Shown here: piece after piece, positions 11,184 to 21,023 of the stretch | Position numbering within the stretch: the stretch's first letter is position 1 | Layout: every line of letters begins with the position of its first letter | Assembly: GCA_050633205.1 (NCBI GenBank) | Contig: JBOEGA010000019.1 | Location: 5,711 to 69,710, forward strand | Source: Methyloligellaceae bacterium | Lineage (GTDB): Bacteria; Pseudomonadota; Alphaproteobacteria; Rhizobiales; CBDHHC01 | DNA length: 64,000 bases | Direction: 5' to 3' | Made by a program: the position numbers and the translations under genes | Notes under the pieces: generated by a model | What the model saw: only the letters and a program-made list of their open reading frames with translations | What the model was told of the DNA's origin: nothing | Database searches by the model: none

Positions 11184-12354
11184 TTCCTACCTCCCGGCGG
11201 CTTACAGCCTGGCCTGTGTTACTGCTTTGATTTTTAAATTCAACCTGAATGCCGGGACGTAGTCTTTGAACGCCTTCAATGACAATCAGGTCACCCTTTT
11301 TTATGTCACCTTCGATAAGAATATTGCTGCTGATACGCCGGACCATTTTAACAATGACCCTTTGAGCCTTGCCATCATTTATGCGCCAGACATAGCTTTC
11401 GCCTTTACCCCATTGCAAAGCAAGCTCAGGTATAGTGGCTCTTGTTTCACCAGGAATTATAATCTCAACAGCAAATGACATGCCTGGCCGAAGTTTATCA
11501 CCCTTGTTTGGAATAGTGGCCCGAACTTTAACGGAGCGTGATGCAGCTTCAATGCGGCTATCTATGGATGAAACGCTACCTGTAAAATGACTATCTGCTA
11601 CACTCGGTGTGCTGGCTTTGACTTTTAATCCGGGCTTTATTCGTGAATGAAAATGCTCAGGAATATGAAACTCTACAGTCAGAGAGGTTCTGTCATCCAG
11701 AGTTACTATCTCTGAGTTTGTTTCAACGCGATCACCAACTTCAACTTTTGGAATTCCAAGAATGCCACTAAATGGAGCGCGCAGAACTCTATCAGATAAG
11801 GCTTCTGTAGCCTGGTCGAGCTCAAGTTGTGCGCGTGCCAGAATTGTATCCGCATCGTCAACATTGGCCTGCGAAGTAACATTTTGCTTTTTTAGTTGTC
11901 TGGCTCTTTCGGCTTTTCGTTGTGCTTCCAGAAGTTTAGTCCGGGCAACTTTGACTCCGAGCTCTGCTTTCTGAGAGTTTAGCCTGAGTATGATATCATC
12001 TTTTTTTACGTGATCTGCAGGCTTAACAGGGAATTCTGTAATTTCTCCTGCCGTATTTGTATAAAGCGTAACAAAGCGGATAGCACGTCCGTCACCAATT
12101 GCTTCAATGATATTATCATTGCTGGTCTCAGTAACTGACTCAACAATTACAGGCGCTTTTCTGTCACCTCTCCGCTTTTTTTTGTCGGCTGATTTTTCTG
12201 TCTTTAGCCCCGGTATATACTCGGCTACTATTTTCGGACTATATGCATAGAGCGAAATGAAACCAATAATTGCCAGAACAAATATGGATTGAAATCCAAT
12301 CGAAATACTTCGCTTCACAATATGGTCCTTAATAACAACGGGATTGATAGTCAC
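11173..12354 (-). CDS. RND efflux periplasmic adaptor (membrane fusion protein)
   Basis: N-terminal TM, lipoyl-like halves, LRAPFSG, LRPGM; upstream of RND permease; start uncertain. Confidence 0.9.
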   Translation of the reverse strand: MTINPVVIKDHIVKRSISIGFQSIFVLAIIGFISLYAYSPKIVAEYIPGLKTEKSADKKKRRGDRKAPVIVESVTETSNDNIIEAIGDGRAIRFVTLYTNTAGEITEFPVKPADHVKKDDIILRLNSQKAELGVKVARTKLLEAQRKAERARQLKKQNVTSQANVDDADTILARAQLELDQATEALSDRVLRAPFSGILGIPKVEVGDRVETNSEIVTLDDRTSLTVEFHIPEHFHSRIKPGLKVKASTPSVADSHFTGSVSSIDSRIEAASRSVKVRATIPNKGDKLRPGMSFAVEIIIPGETRATIPELALQWGKGESYVWRINDGKAQRVIVKMVRRISSNILIEGDIKKGDLIVIEGVQRLRPGIQVEFKNQSSNTGQAVSRREVGNGS

Positions 12355-12508
12355 TGTTCAGAATAACTTAGTCATTATGACACAAGGATGAATGTCTACA
12401 GTCACATTATTGTGTTTTATAACATTTCTTGCGACATCCAGCGCTAGTGTTTATACACTATTATTCCGAACTGCTGTAAGAATTTCGTAGGTATCAGGAG
12501 CATAAAAG

Positions 12509-12760
12509 ATGAGCATCCCTCTTTCAATTGCCATATATTTCATCTGTTGGTGGATGGTTCTTTTTATGATCCTCCCTATCGGGACAAGAACTCAAAGGGA
12601 AGAGGGGGAGGTGCTGGAAGGTACACCGGAGAGTGCTCCTGTTAACCCTCAGATCTGGAAGAAAGTGATTATAACAACAGTTGTATCTGCTTTCGTATTT
12701 GTCGGGGTTTATGCTGTTATTGTATTTAGAGTAATTGATATTAATAAATTCCCGTTGTAA
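12509..12760 (+). CDS. DUF1467 family membrane protein
   Basis: AIYFICWWMVLFMILPIG...GTPESAP pattern; usual neighbour of rnj in Hyphomicrobiales; AGGAG SD. Confidence 0.85.
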   Translation: MSIPLSIAIYFICWWMVLFMILPIGTRTQREEGEVLEGTPESAPVNPQIWKKVIITTVVSAFVFVGVYAVIVFRVIDINKFPL

Positions 12761-13342
12761 GTGAATTTCATGTCACAAAAGAACTTTCTTTATCTTACAG
12801 TACTATCTGAAGGCCTGCTGCTGTGTACTGCTATTATTTTAGCTTGGTATTTTAGCATTCCTTTATGGTCACGGATCAGCATTGAACTGACAGACGTTTC
12901 TTTGGGGGTAGCTGTCGCGCTAGCGATGGCTATATTTGCGATCTGGGCACTAAAGTCTGATCTGGCCTTGTTCTCGCAACTTAAAAAGGATACCCGGCAT
13001 GTGGTCAGGCTTTTGCAGGATTTTGGCATAGCGCCCATTCTTTGTGTATCAATGGCTGCCGGTCTTTGTGAGGAACTGCTATTTCGCGGGGTTTTTCAGA
13101 TATTATTTACAGACTGGTTCGGTTTGTCTGCGGGTCTGGTCCTTGCTTCTTTTTTCTTTGGCCTGGCTCATATGATATCTCTGAGCTATGTGATTTATGT
13201 CTCAATATTTGGCCTTGCCCTTGGGTGTATGTATGTCTGGACAGGTAACCTTCTTGGACCAATTATTGCTCACTTTTTATATGATCTGATTATGCTTTAC
13301 TGGGCTGTGCGTATTCAATGGCCAGCATCTGGTCGGCAGTGA
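12761..13342 (+). CDS. CPBP (CAAX/Abi) family intramembrane metalloprotease
   Basis: EELLFRG, FGLAH and AHFLYD motifs in a multi-TM protein. Confidence 0.88.
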   Translation: MNFMSQKNFLYLTVLSEGLLLCTAIILAWYFSIPLWSRISIELTDVSLGVAVALAMAIFAIWALKSDLALFSQLKKDTRHVVRLLQDFGIAPILCVSMAAGLCEELLFRGVFQILFTDWFGLSAGLVLASFFFGLAHMISLSYVIYVSIFGLALGCMYVWTGNLLGPIIAHFLYDLIMLYWAVRIQWPASGRQ

Positions 13343-13415
13343 GTTGCCGACAAAGTTTTCATAATATGATAAGGTTTAGCATTATATTCTCCAACAGGAT
13401 TTGGAGTGCAAACCT

Positions 13416-14624
13416 ATGCATCGGAAATTTAATACATTTATTGAAAGTCAGCTGGATCAGATACGCAGCAAAGATCTATATAAAGCTGAGCGAAATCTTA
13501 TTTCTCCGCAGGCTGGGCATATAAAGGTTTCTACCGGAGAGCAGGGTGCCCGGAATGTAATCAACCTTTGAGCAAATAATTATCTTGGTCTGGCAAATGA
13601 CAGCAGGCTTATTAATGCGGCAATAAACTCTCTTCAAAGTGATGGCTATGGTATGGCCAGCGTTCGCTTTATCTGTGGTACGACTGATAACCACAGAAAA
13701 CTTGAAAAAAAGCTGGCTGAGTTTCTTGGTAAAGATGATGCAATATTATACGCGGCCTGTTTTGATGCCAATGGAGGGCTTTTCGAACCATTGCTGGGAG
13801 ATCAGGATGCTATTATATCAGATGCTCTAAACCATGCATCACTGATAGATGGTATTCGCTTGTGCAAGGCGCGTCGGTATCGCTATTCAAATTCTGATAT
13901 GGATGAACTGGAAAGTCGGCTGAAAGAAGCAAGAGAGAATGGCTCCAGGTTCATTATGATTGTTTCTGACGGCGTATTTTCAATGGATGGGTACATAGCT
14001 AATCTGCCGGAAATATGTAAGCTGGCGGAGCAGTATGAGGCTTTGGTAATGATAGATGACTGTCATGCCACGGGTTTTATGGGGTCTAATGGTGCAGGTA
14101 CACCAGATCATTATAGTCTGGTTAGTCAAGTTGATATCCTAAGCGGAACACTAGGTAAAGCTCTCGGGGGAGCTGTTGGCGGATATGTTGCCTCCTCTCA
14201 ACCTATAATTGATATGCTCAGGCAGAGGTCCCGGCCCTATCTGTTTTCCAATTCTTTACCTCCTTCTATTGTTTCTGCAGGCCTCACAGCAATAGATATT
14301 GTTAGCCAGGATGATAGCTTAAGGCGTAAATTATTCAACAACAGTTGCTACTGGAGGAGCGGACTGGAGAAACTTGGCTTTAACATCCTGCCTGGAGAGC
14401 ATCCAATTGTCCCTGTAATGTTAGGAGAAGCAACTGTTGCTCAGGATATGGCCAGAGGGCTTTTTAACAAAAATATATATGTCAGTGGGTTCTTTTTTCC
14501 AGTTGTACCAAAAGGTCAGGCAAGGATCCGCACCCAGATGAATGCGAGCTTTACTCAGTCTGATCTGGACACTGCACTATCTGCTTTTGAAGAGGTAGGT
14601 AAAAAGCTGGGAATTATATCATGA
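13416..14624 (+). CDS. kbl: glycine C-acetyltransferase (2-amino-3-ketobutyrate CoA ligase) with in-frame TGA at 13569-13571; either recoded or a pseudogene
   Basis: From ATG 13416 (GGAG SD): [26 protein letters not shown]...[12 protein letters not shown]...[13 protein letters not shown] continues in frame into the listed 13653 ORF ([24 protein letters not shown]); upstream of tdh. Confidence 0.9.
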
Positions 14625-15667
14625 GCAGAATGATGAAGGCGCTTGTAAAGACATCTAAAGGTGCAGGTCTTTCATTAATAGATATGCCTCTTCCTGCGCC
14701 GGGAGCTGAAGAAGTTATTATTAAAATCAGTAAAACCGGTATATGTGGAACAGACCTGCATATCTGGAACTGGGATGAATGGGCTGCAAAAACAATTCCT
14801 GTGCCATTAACAATAGGCCATGAATTTTCAGGTGAAATTGCTGAATTAGGCTCAGAAGTACGAAACCTTCAACGAGGACAACGGGTCTCGGGGGAAGGGC
14901 ACCTTATAGGAGATAAAAGCAGGGCTGTAAGAGCAGGCAGGTTTCACTTGGATCCTGAAACCAGGGGTATTGGTATTAATGTACCCGGGGCCTATGCGCA
15001 GTATTTAAAATTACCTGCTTTTAATGTGGTTCCACTACCTGATGAGATCGATGATGAAACTGGCGCAATTCTGGATCCACTTGGCAATGCAGTGCACACA
15101 GCTCTTTCTTTTGATCTGGTTGGGGAAGATGTATTAATTACAGGGGCTGGTCCAATTGGCATTATGGCTGCCTGTGTTGCGCGTCATGTTGGAGCACGTC
15201 ATATTGTTATTACAGATGTAAATCCTGATCGTCTTGATCTTGCAGGCAGGGTTTGTGATGCCATTCCTGTAAATATCAATCAGGAAGATTTAAAAACTGT
15301 TATGGATACTATTGGGTTAAGGGAAGGTTTTGATGTAGGGCTGGAAATGAGTGGTGCTCACAATGCCTTTAATAATATTGCTGATGTTATGGTTATGGGA
15401 GGGCATATAGCAATTCTTGGTATTCCTGACGGGGAGTCAACCATAGACTGGTCCAAGGTTGCCTTAAAGGCTCTGACTATCAAAGGCATATATGGTCGGG
15501 AGATTTTTGAGACCTGGTACAAAATGATTTCCCTGCTACAGAATGGGTTGAATGTACGTAAAATTATAACGCACCGCCTGCCTGCAAATGATTACGAGAA
15601 GGGGTTTTCTATTATGTCGTCTGGACAATGTGGTAAAGTTGTTATGGATTGGCTGGATGTGAGTTAA
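14621..15667 (+). CDS. tdh: L-threonine 3-dehydrogenase
   Basis: [48 protein letters not shown]; ATGA overlap with kbl. Confidence 0.94.
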   Translation: MSRMMKALVKTSKGAGLSLIDMPLPAPGAEEVIIKISKTGICGTDLHIWNWDEWAAKTIPVPLTIGHEFSGEIAELGSEVRNLQRGQRVSGEGHLIGDKSRAVRAGRFHLDPETRGIGINVPGAYAQYLKLPAFNVVPLPDEIDDETGAILDPLGNAVHTALSFDLVGEDVLITGAGPIGIMAACVARHVGARHIVITDVNPDRLDLAGRVCDAIPVNINQEDLKTVMDTIGLREGFDVGLEMSGAHNAFNNIADVMVMGGHIAILGIPDGESTIDWSKVALKALTIKGIYGREIFETWYKMISLLQNGLNVRKIITHRLPANDYEKGFSIMSSGQCGKVVMDWLDVS

Positions 15668-15769
15668 TAATTTATTAAAGATAGAGTTTGGTAATGTCTT
15701 AATAGTAATTTATCCAGAAAAATTTAATATATAGCAGTTATGCTATCCCCGGATTAGAGGATAATTGCT

Positions 15770-16150
15770 ATGGCTCTTATTGTTTGCATTGAAGATGTTG
15801 AAGATTTCAGAGAAGTTATTACCTATGAACTTGAAAAGGCCGGGCATAAAGTTATTGAGTGTACAAATGGTAATGAAGGCCTCGAAGTTATTCATAAAGA
15901 AGAACCGGATCTGATTATCAGTGATGTTATGATGCCTAATATGAGTGGTCTTGAATTGCTCATAAAATTACGGTCAAGTGAAGGTACTGCTTCAAATACG
16001 CCTATTATCATTATGTCAGCATCCACGCATCAGCATTATGAGGAAGAAGCGTTGAAATACGGCGCATTTGAATATTTATTAAAGCCAATTAACTGGGATA
16101 ACTTTCTATTTTCAGTACGACGTGCACTGGATAGCAGGGTCGTAACCTGA
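15770..16150 (+). CDS. single-domain response regulator (receiver only)
   Basis: IED, PDLIISDVMMP, IIIMSA, KP motifs; no output domain. Confidence 0.9.
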   Translation: MALIVCIEDVEDFREVITYELEKAGHKVIECTNGNEGLEVIHKEEPDLIISDVMMPNMSGLELLIKLRSSEGTASNTPIIIMSASTHQHYEEEALKYGAFEYLLKPINWDNFLFSVRRALDSRVVT

Positions 16151-16792
16151 GATCAGTTTTTATATAATTTTCAGGCATTTTGTTTTCAATAGGCATAATT
16201 CATCTGTCTTGTCATTCTCTGTTGTTTAGGTGGCCTCTCTGGCTGCACGATGACTTGAATAATTACCGTCTGCATTTTCCTGCATACGGTAATTGAAGTA
16301 ATCCAGCAATATTATAATAGCACCACTTGCAACTGGCTTGAACACATAGGCCTATCTGGTTTCAGTGCTTAAGTTCTATTGCATTTACATTTAATTGCCT
16401 TATGTGTAGAGCGGGTGCTCTCCGGCATCATTATTTTACTGGGCTGGGTGGTGGCCTGGGGCTGAGGAACCAGAGGTATTGTCAATATCTATAAAAGGCA
16501 GAAATAATGCCTTTGCAAGTAAGTCTGATAGAATTTGCAATGTTATGTGATGTTGTTCAAGGGTGAAATTTTTTAGATCAGCAGTATAGTATTTGATGCT
16601 CTTGTATTGCTTCTAATCAGTGCCCGATGTGAAAGAGTTATAAATCTATATCCCGGGAAATTAAAAGTCGATTACCGAAGGGGTGCACCCTTTATCTGTG
16701 ATAGGGGGAGCTTATAAGTCTGTAGTAGGAAGAATGAAGATGTAAATGCAATATTATTGAGTTTTTTTGGTGAGAATTAAATCTTTGGGTTG

Positions 16793-16833
16793 ATAAAAAC
16801 TCTGTGCAAAAAAATGAGGCACAGAGTTTTTAT
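16793..16833 (-). terminator. intrinsic terminator (15-bp perfect inverted repeat), possibly bidirectional
   Basis: ATAAAAACTCTGTGC...GCACAGAGTTTTTAT, 25 nt past the stop of the Cache gene. Confidence 0.75.
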
Positions 16834-16857
16834 AATCACGTATAGGAACTTATGAAA

Positions 16858-17346
16858 CTAGTTGATGATTTTGTCGTCACTAAGCTTTGAGAAAATACCT
16901 ACCCCAACAAAATATTCATTGTCCAGGCGTTCTACATAAGCGCTTTTCTCTTCAACTTTCTTAGTAATAGGGTTTGGGAAGCTATAGCTAGCCCATCCTT
17001 TTCCTTTAGTCTTCAAGACAGTAATCATATTTCTAAAGAAGTAACGGCCAGTCATGTCAGTATGATCAACAAAGTTCAACCCTCTAAGAGCAGGGATGAA
17101 ATGGGCTGCCATATAACCGTCGAAATGAACAATGTATGGATAAAGGTCTCTGTCTCTCAGGCCATGACTCAATTTTTTTACAGCCAGAAATGTTTTCTCA
17201 GGTCCGATAGTGGAGTACATACGCTTGACTTTTCTTACCATTGCAATTGCTTCTTCTGGCGTACCCCGTTTGGATTTTTGAGCATATGCATTGGTGCTAA
17301 AGAAACTAAGCACCAGAGCAAGAGTTATAAATTTTATTAATTTCAT
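16858..17346 (-). CDS. secreted stand-alone single Cache domain protein
   Basis: Signal peptide (AYA), GTPEEAIAMV, DRDLYPYI, GKGWASYSFPNP..KKVEEKSAYV. Confidence 0.85.
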   Translation of the reverse strand: MKLIKFITLALVLSFFSTNAYAQKSKRGTPEEAIAMVRKVKRMYSTIGPEKTFLAVKKLSHGLRDRDLYPYIVHFDGYMAAHFIPALRGLNFVDHTDMTGRYFFRNMITVLKTKGKGWASYSFPNPITKKVEEKSAYVERLDNEYFVGVGIFSKLSDDKIIN

Positions 17347-17590
17347 TTCTAGTAGTCTCCCTGGATATTAATTATATTGTTAGTTCAGTCTTTTTTATTT
17401 ACCTTAACAGTTTGTGTGGGGCATTATAAGTGAAAATTAATTCTAACTCCAGAAAACATAACGGCAATACTGATTCCCGCCACAATTTTAAGCTTCCTTA
17501 ATGGCTAATTAATATGTAAAATATTGACAGAAAATTGTTTAAGCTGTTAGCTAACAAAAAAATTACTTCTTTCGGGAGGGAGGTTCAACA

Positions 17591-18811
17591 ATGCTCGCGT
17601 TATTAGAACGTTACAAGTCGAAGCTATTTATATCTGTTGTTGCGGCAGCTACTACTTTAGTAGTAGGAGCGGCGTCTGCGCAGGCGCCAACTGCTCAAAA
17701 CACCAAAAACCAGATCATTAAGCATAAGGCAAACAAGAATACAATCACTCTGGTTACAGGGGGTATCTCTGATACTCAGATCAGTTTTGCGCAGGACTTC
17801 TCAGACGTTCTAGATAAAAAGGATGCACCTGGTCGTGAGGGACTTCGGGTACTTCCAATGCTCGGTAAGGGCGGGGTACAAAATGCTCTGGACCTTTTAC
17901 ACCTTAGAGGTGTTGACCTGGCTATTATGCAATCAGATACACTCGCGTATCTTCGAGGGGAAGATCCTCTTTTCTACAAGAACATCTTTGATCGGATTAA
18001 CTACATCTCAAGTCTATACTATGCTGAATGGCATGTTATTGCCCGCAAGAACATTAAGTCATTGGGAGAGTTGAGAGGAAAGAAAGTTAATATATCTCTT
18101 CCATTGAGTGGTACTTACGTTACAAGCAGGAAAATCTTTGAGCTTCTGTTTATCCGCGTTAAATACTCTGTAATGTCTGATAAGGTTGCGCTTCAACAGC
18201 TGAAAGCCGGCAAGATTGATGCGATGGCTCTTTTGGGTGGTAGCCCGATCAGTCTTCTGAAAACGATTAAGGAAGAAGATGGTTTGCATTTTGTGCCAGC
18301 AGACTTCTATACAAAAAGTAACCGGGAGTTCCCTTTTGTTCTGCTGCTAAGGCGTCTTTATGTTCCTTCATTGCTGAAGCATGAGCAGTATCCAAACCTT
18401 ATTCCTGAAGGTGGAAATGTTCAGACTGTAGCCAATGGTATCGTACTGGCTGCCTACAACTGGGCACCGAGGACCCATCGTTACCAGAAGGTTGTTCGCT
18501 TTTCGAAGTCATTTATAGAGAAGTTTAAAGAGTTTAAGGTTCCTGGTCGTCATAAAAAGTGGCGTGAAGTTAGTCTGGCTAATAAGCCATATGAGTGGCG
18601 TCGTTTCCGGTTTGCCGAGCAACTTCTTAAGCAGAATACAAGGCAGACTGCCAGTAGAAAGCGTATCCCTCGTACCCCTGGCGATGAAAAGCTGTTCCGG
18701 GACTTCAAACGGTTCATTAAACGTAAAGAAGCGGAAGGTGCTAAGATCTCTGAAGAACAGCAGTTGATCATGTTCAGGCAGTTCCGCGCATTTATGAAGC
18801 AGAATAATTAA
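17591..18811 (+). CDS. TAXI family TRAP transporter solute-binding protein
   Basis: Signal peptide, LRVLPMLGKGGVQNALDLLHLRGVDLAIMQSD, LRGKKVN, YPNLIP, WREVSLA; GGAGG SD. Confidence 0.82.
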   Translation: MLALLERYKSKLFISVVAAATTLVVGAASAQAPTAQNTKNQIIKHKANKNTITLVTGGISDTQISFAQDFSDVLDKKDAPGREGLRVLPMLGKGGVQNALDLLHLRGVDLAIMQSDTLAYLRGEDPLFYKNIFDRINYISSLYYAEWHVIARKNIKSLGELRGKKVNISLPLSGTYVTSRKIFELLFIRVKYSVMSDKVALQQLKAGKIDAMALLGGSPISLLKTIKEEDGLHFVPADFYTKSNREFPFVLLLRRLYVPSLLKHEQYPNLIPEGGNVQTVANGIVLAAYNWAPRTHRYQKVVRFSKSFIEKFKEFKVPGRHKKWREVSLANKPYEWRRFRFAEQLLKQNTRQTASRKRIPRTPGDEKLFRDFKRFIKRKEAEGAKISEEQQLIMFRQFRAFMKQNN

Positions 18812-18839
18812 AGTAGAAAAAATATACAGTAATAATTGG

Positions 18840-18876
18840 TAAAAAGGAGGGAATTATTATAATTCTCTCCTTTTTT
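18840..18876 (+). terminator. intrinsic terminator
   Basis: AAAAAGGAGGGAATTAT...ATAATTCTCTCCTTTTTT after the TAXI gene. Confidence 0.75.
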
Positions 18877-19038
18877 ATTGGATAAATCTATTTAATAATT
18901 TTAAATGTGATACATATCTAGCGTTTTTCTTAAAAGCGTCAGTCTATATAAAATACAGCTAATCAATGTTTAAATAATCATTTTGCGGCATTATGCAGTC
19001 AGCTTGATATTGCCAGGTGCCGTTGTTTGGAAAATACT

Positions 19039-19404
19039 ATGACGTTAATAATTTGTGTTGAGGATGAAGCTGAGCTGCGTGAGGGCATTGTTGAGGAACT
19101 GCGCGAAGAGGGATATGAGGTAATTGAAGCATCTGATGGTCAGGAAGGACTAGAACTGATTGTTCAACACAAACCAGCGCTTGTAGTAAGTGATATTACG
19201 ATGCCGAGAATGAATAGTCTGGAGATGCTTAGAAACCTTAGACAGAGAGATGATGAGCTGTCCGAAATTCCACTAATTTTTCTTTCAGCATTAGCGCATA
19301 AGCATTATTATGATGAGGCCAAACAGCTGTCAGCTACAAATTTTCTTATAAAACCGGTCGATTGGGATGTGTTTCTGACTGTTGTTGCCGGAACAGTCAA
19401 ATAA
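19039..19404 (+). CDS. single-domain response regulator (receiver only)
   Basis: VEDE, PALVVSDITMP, LIFLSA, KPVDWD; paralog-like to 15770. Confidence 0.9.
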   Translation: MTLIICVEDEAELREGIVEELREEGYEVIEASDGQEGLELIVQHKPALVVSDITMPRMNSLEMLRNLRQRDDELSEIPLIFLSALAHKHYYDEAKQLSATNFLIKPVDWDVFLTVVAGTVK

Positions 19405-19422
19405 ATCATATTAATCTTAATA

Positions 19423-19629
19423 TTACTTTCCGGGTTTGCTCATCCACCATATTACACCTCCAGCTGGCACTACACACAGTATGCCAATCACGGTGTAGAC
19501 AAGCATTTGCAGGTAAATATTACTGTTTACCGGCATGATATTCTCAACCTGGACTGCTATGATAATAGACAGAAAAAGGGTGATCAGAAAAAATATCATT
19601 CCTATAAATTTTCGCAAACGTGTCGACAT
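19423..19629 (-). CDS. DUF2842 family small membrane protein
   Basis: RLRKFIG + two TM helices ending WMSKP; divergent from ctaA as in other Hyphomicrobiales. Confidence 0.75.
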   Translation of the reverse strand: MSTRLRKFIGMIFFLITLFLSIIIAVQVENIMPVNSNIYLQMLVYTVIGILCVVPAGGVIWWMSKPGK

Positions 19630-19791
19630 GCTATTTTATATCCAGGTAGTTTTTGTGCTGATTACGACTGGGTATATGGCAATACACGAGAAACTCCGAA
19701 TATCAGATGACCCACTATGCCGCATCTTTCCTAATATGATTCATTGTAGTATCTACAGTTCCCATATTAATCAATGAAGGGCCTGTGGTCG

Positions 19792-20859
19792 ATGGCAAAT
19801 AATACTGACATCAGCATTTCCGATGAATCTGCAAGAGCAATCCGTATCTGGTTGCTGGTTATTATCGGGTTGATATTTGCTATGGTTATGCTTGGTGGAG
19901 CGACGCGTCTTACTAATTCAGGTTTGTCAATTACAGAATGGAAACCCATTCTGGGGGCTATTCCTCCGTTGACCAATGCAGACTGGCTTGATGCCTTTGA
20001 TAAATATAAGAAAATTCCCGAATATAAACTTGAAAATGAGGGAATGAGCCTGAGCGAGTTTAAATATATATACTGGTGGGAATGGAGTCACAGATTTCTT
20101 GGCCGCTTCGTCGGAATTGTATTTTTTATACCGATGCTGTTTTTCTGGATAGGTGGCCACCTGAACAGACCGCTCAAATTTAAACTGATGGTTCTGTTTA
20201 TTCTTGGCGGACTGCAGGGGGCACTGGGTTGGTATATGGTGCAAAGCGGTCTTGTTAAACGTGTTGATGTCAGTCAGTACAGACTGGCTGCGCATCTGGG
20301 CCTTGCGGTATTTCTGATTGGCGCTGTTTACTGGGTCTATCTCGATTTGCTGAAACGGCTGGGGCAAAGTATTACTGCTCGTCTGCTGAGAGTTAAGTTA
20401 TGGGGAACAGTTCTTGTTGCTGCAATATTTTCCCAGATATTGCTGGGTGCTCTTGTTGCAGGAATTCATGCTGGAAAATCCCATAATACCTGGCCTCTGA
20501 TGGATGGAAAAATCATACCGGATGGATTGGCTGCGATGTCGCCATGGTACCTCAACTTTTTTGAAAATGTGCTGACTGTACAGTTTGATCATCGCATGCT
20601 GGGTTACCTCATTTTTGTTCTCGTTATTGTGCAGATATATCTGGTGGCAAGCCGCATGGGAGAGGGAAGACATCTGAGCAGTATAGTTCTTTTATTTTTG
20701 GCTGTTGTTGGACAGATAGCGCTGGGTGTATGGACATTGCTTACGTTGGTGCCTTTATCACTAGGGCTTTATCATCAGGCTGGTGCTGTAATTGTATTGC
20801 TTATCTCATTAACGCATCTACATAGCTTATATTATCCCAGAAAGCATGTGCATCATTGA
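19792..20859 (+). CDS. ctaA: heme A synthase (COX15/CtaA)
   Basis: GGATRLTNSGLSITEWKP, WWEWSHRFLGR, GWYMVQSGL, VSQYRLAAHL, VQFDHR, HQ. Confidence 0.95.
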   Translation: MANNTDISISDESARAIRIWLLVIIGLIFAMVMLGGATRLTNSGLSITEWKPILGAIPPLTNADWLDAFDKYKKIPEYKLENEGMSLSEFKYIYWWEWSHRFLGRFVGIVFFIPMLFFWIGGHLNRPLKFKLMVLFILGGLQGALGWYMVQSGLVKRVDVSQYRLAAHLGLAVFLIGAVYWVYLDLLKRLGQSITARLLRVKLWGTVLVAAIFSQILLGALVAGIHAGKSHNTWPLMDGKIIPDGLAAMSPWYLNFFENVLTVQFDHRMLGYLIFVLVIVQIYLVASRMGEGRHLSSIVLLFLAVVGQIALGVWTLLTLVPLSLGLYHQAGAVIVLLISLTHLHSLYYPRKHVHH

Positions 20860-21023
20860 TGTCTGTAAAAGTGTACCAAGCTGTTGGGGGGCTTTCATTT
20901 TGCTACACCTTAATGTATAAGATGCAGCCTCATGTTCAGCATAATATTTCACGTGCTATGCATCATGAAGATTACCGTAAAATTTGATAGTCAGCGTTAT
21001 CTGGCTTTAGAAGGGGCGAGAGC

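Noticed and set aside
13569-13571. Genome-wide reassignment of TGA as an explanation for the kbl codon
   Set aside because: TGA ends nuoK, nuoN, ctaA and murC at the expected positions and Trp is TGG throughout, so TGA is an ordinary stop here
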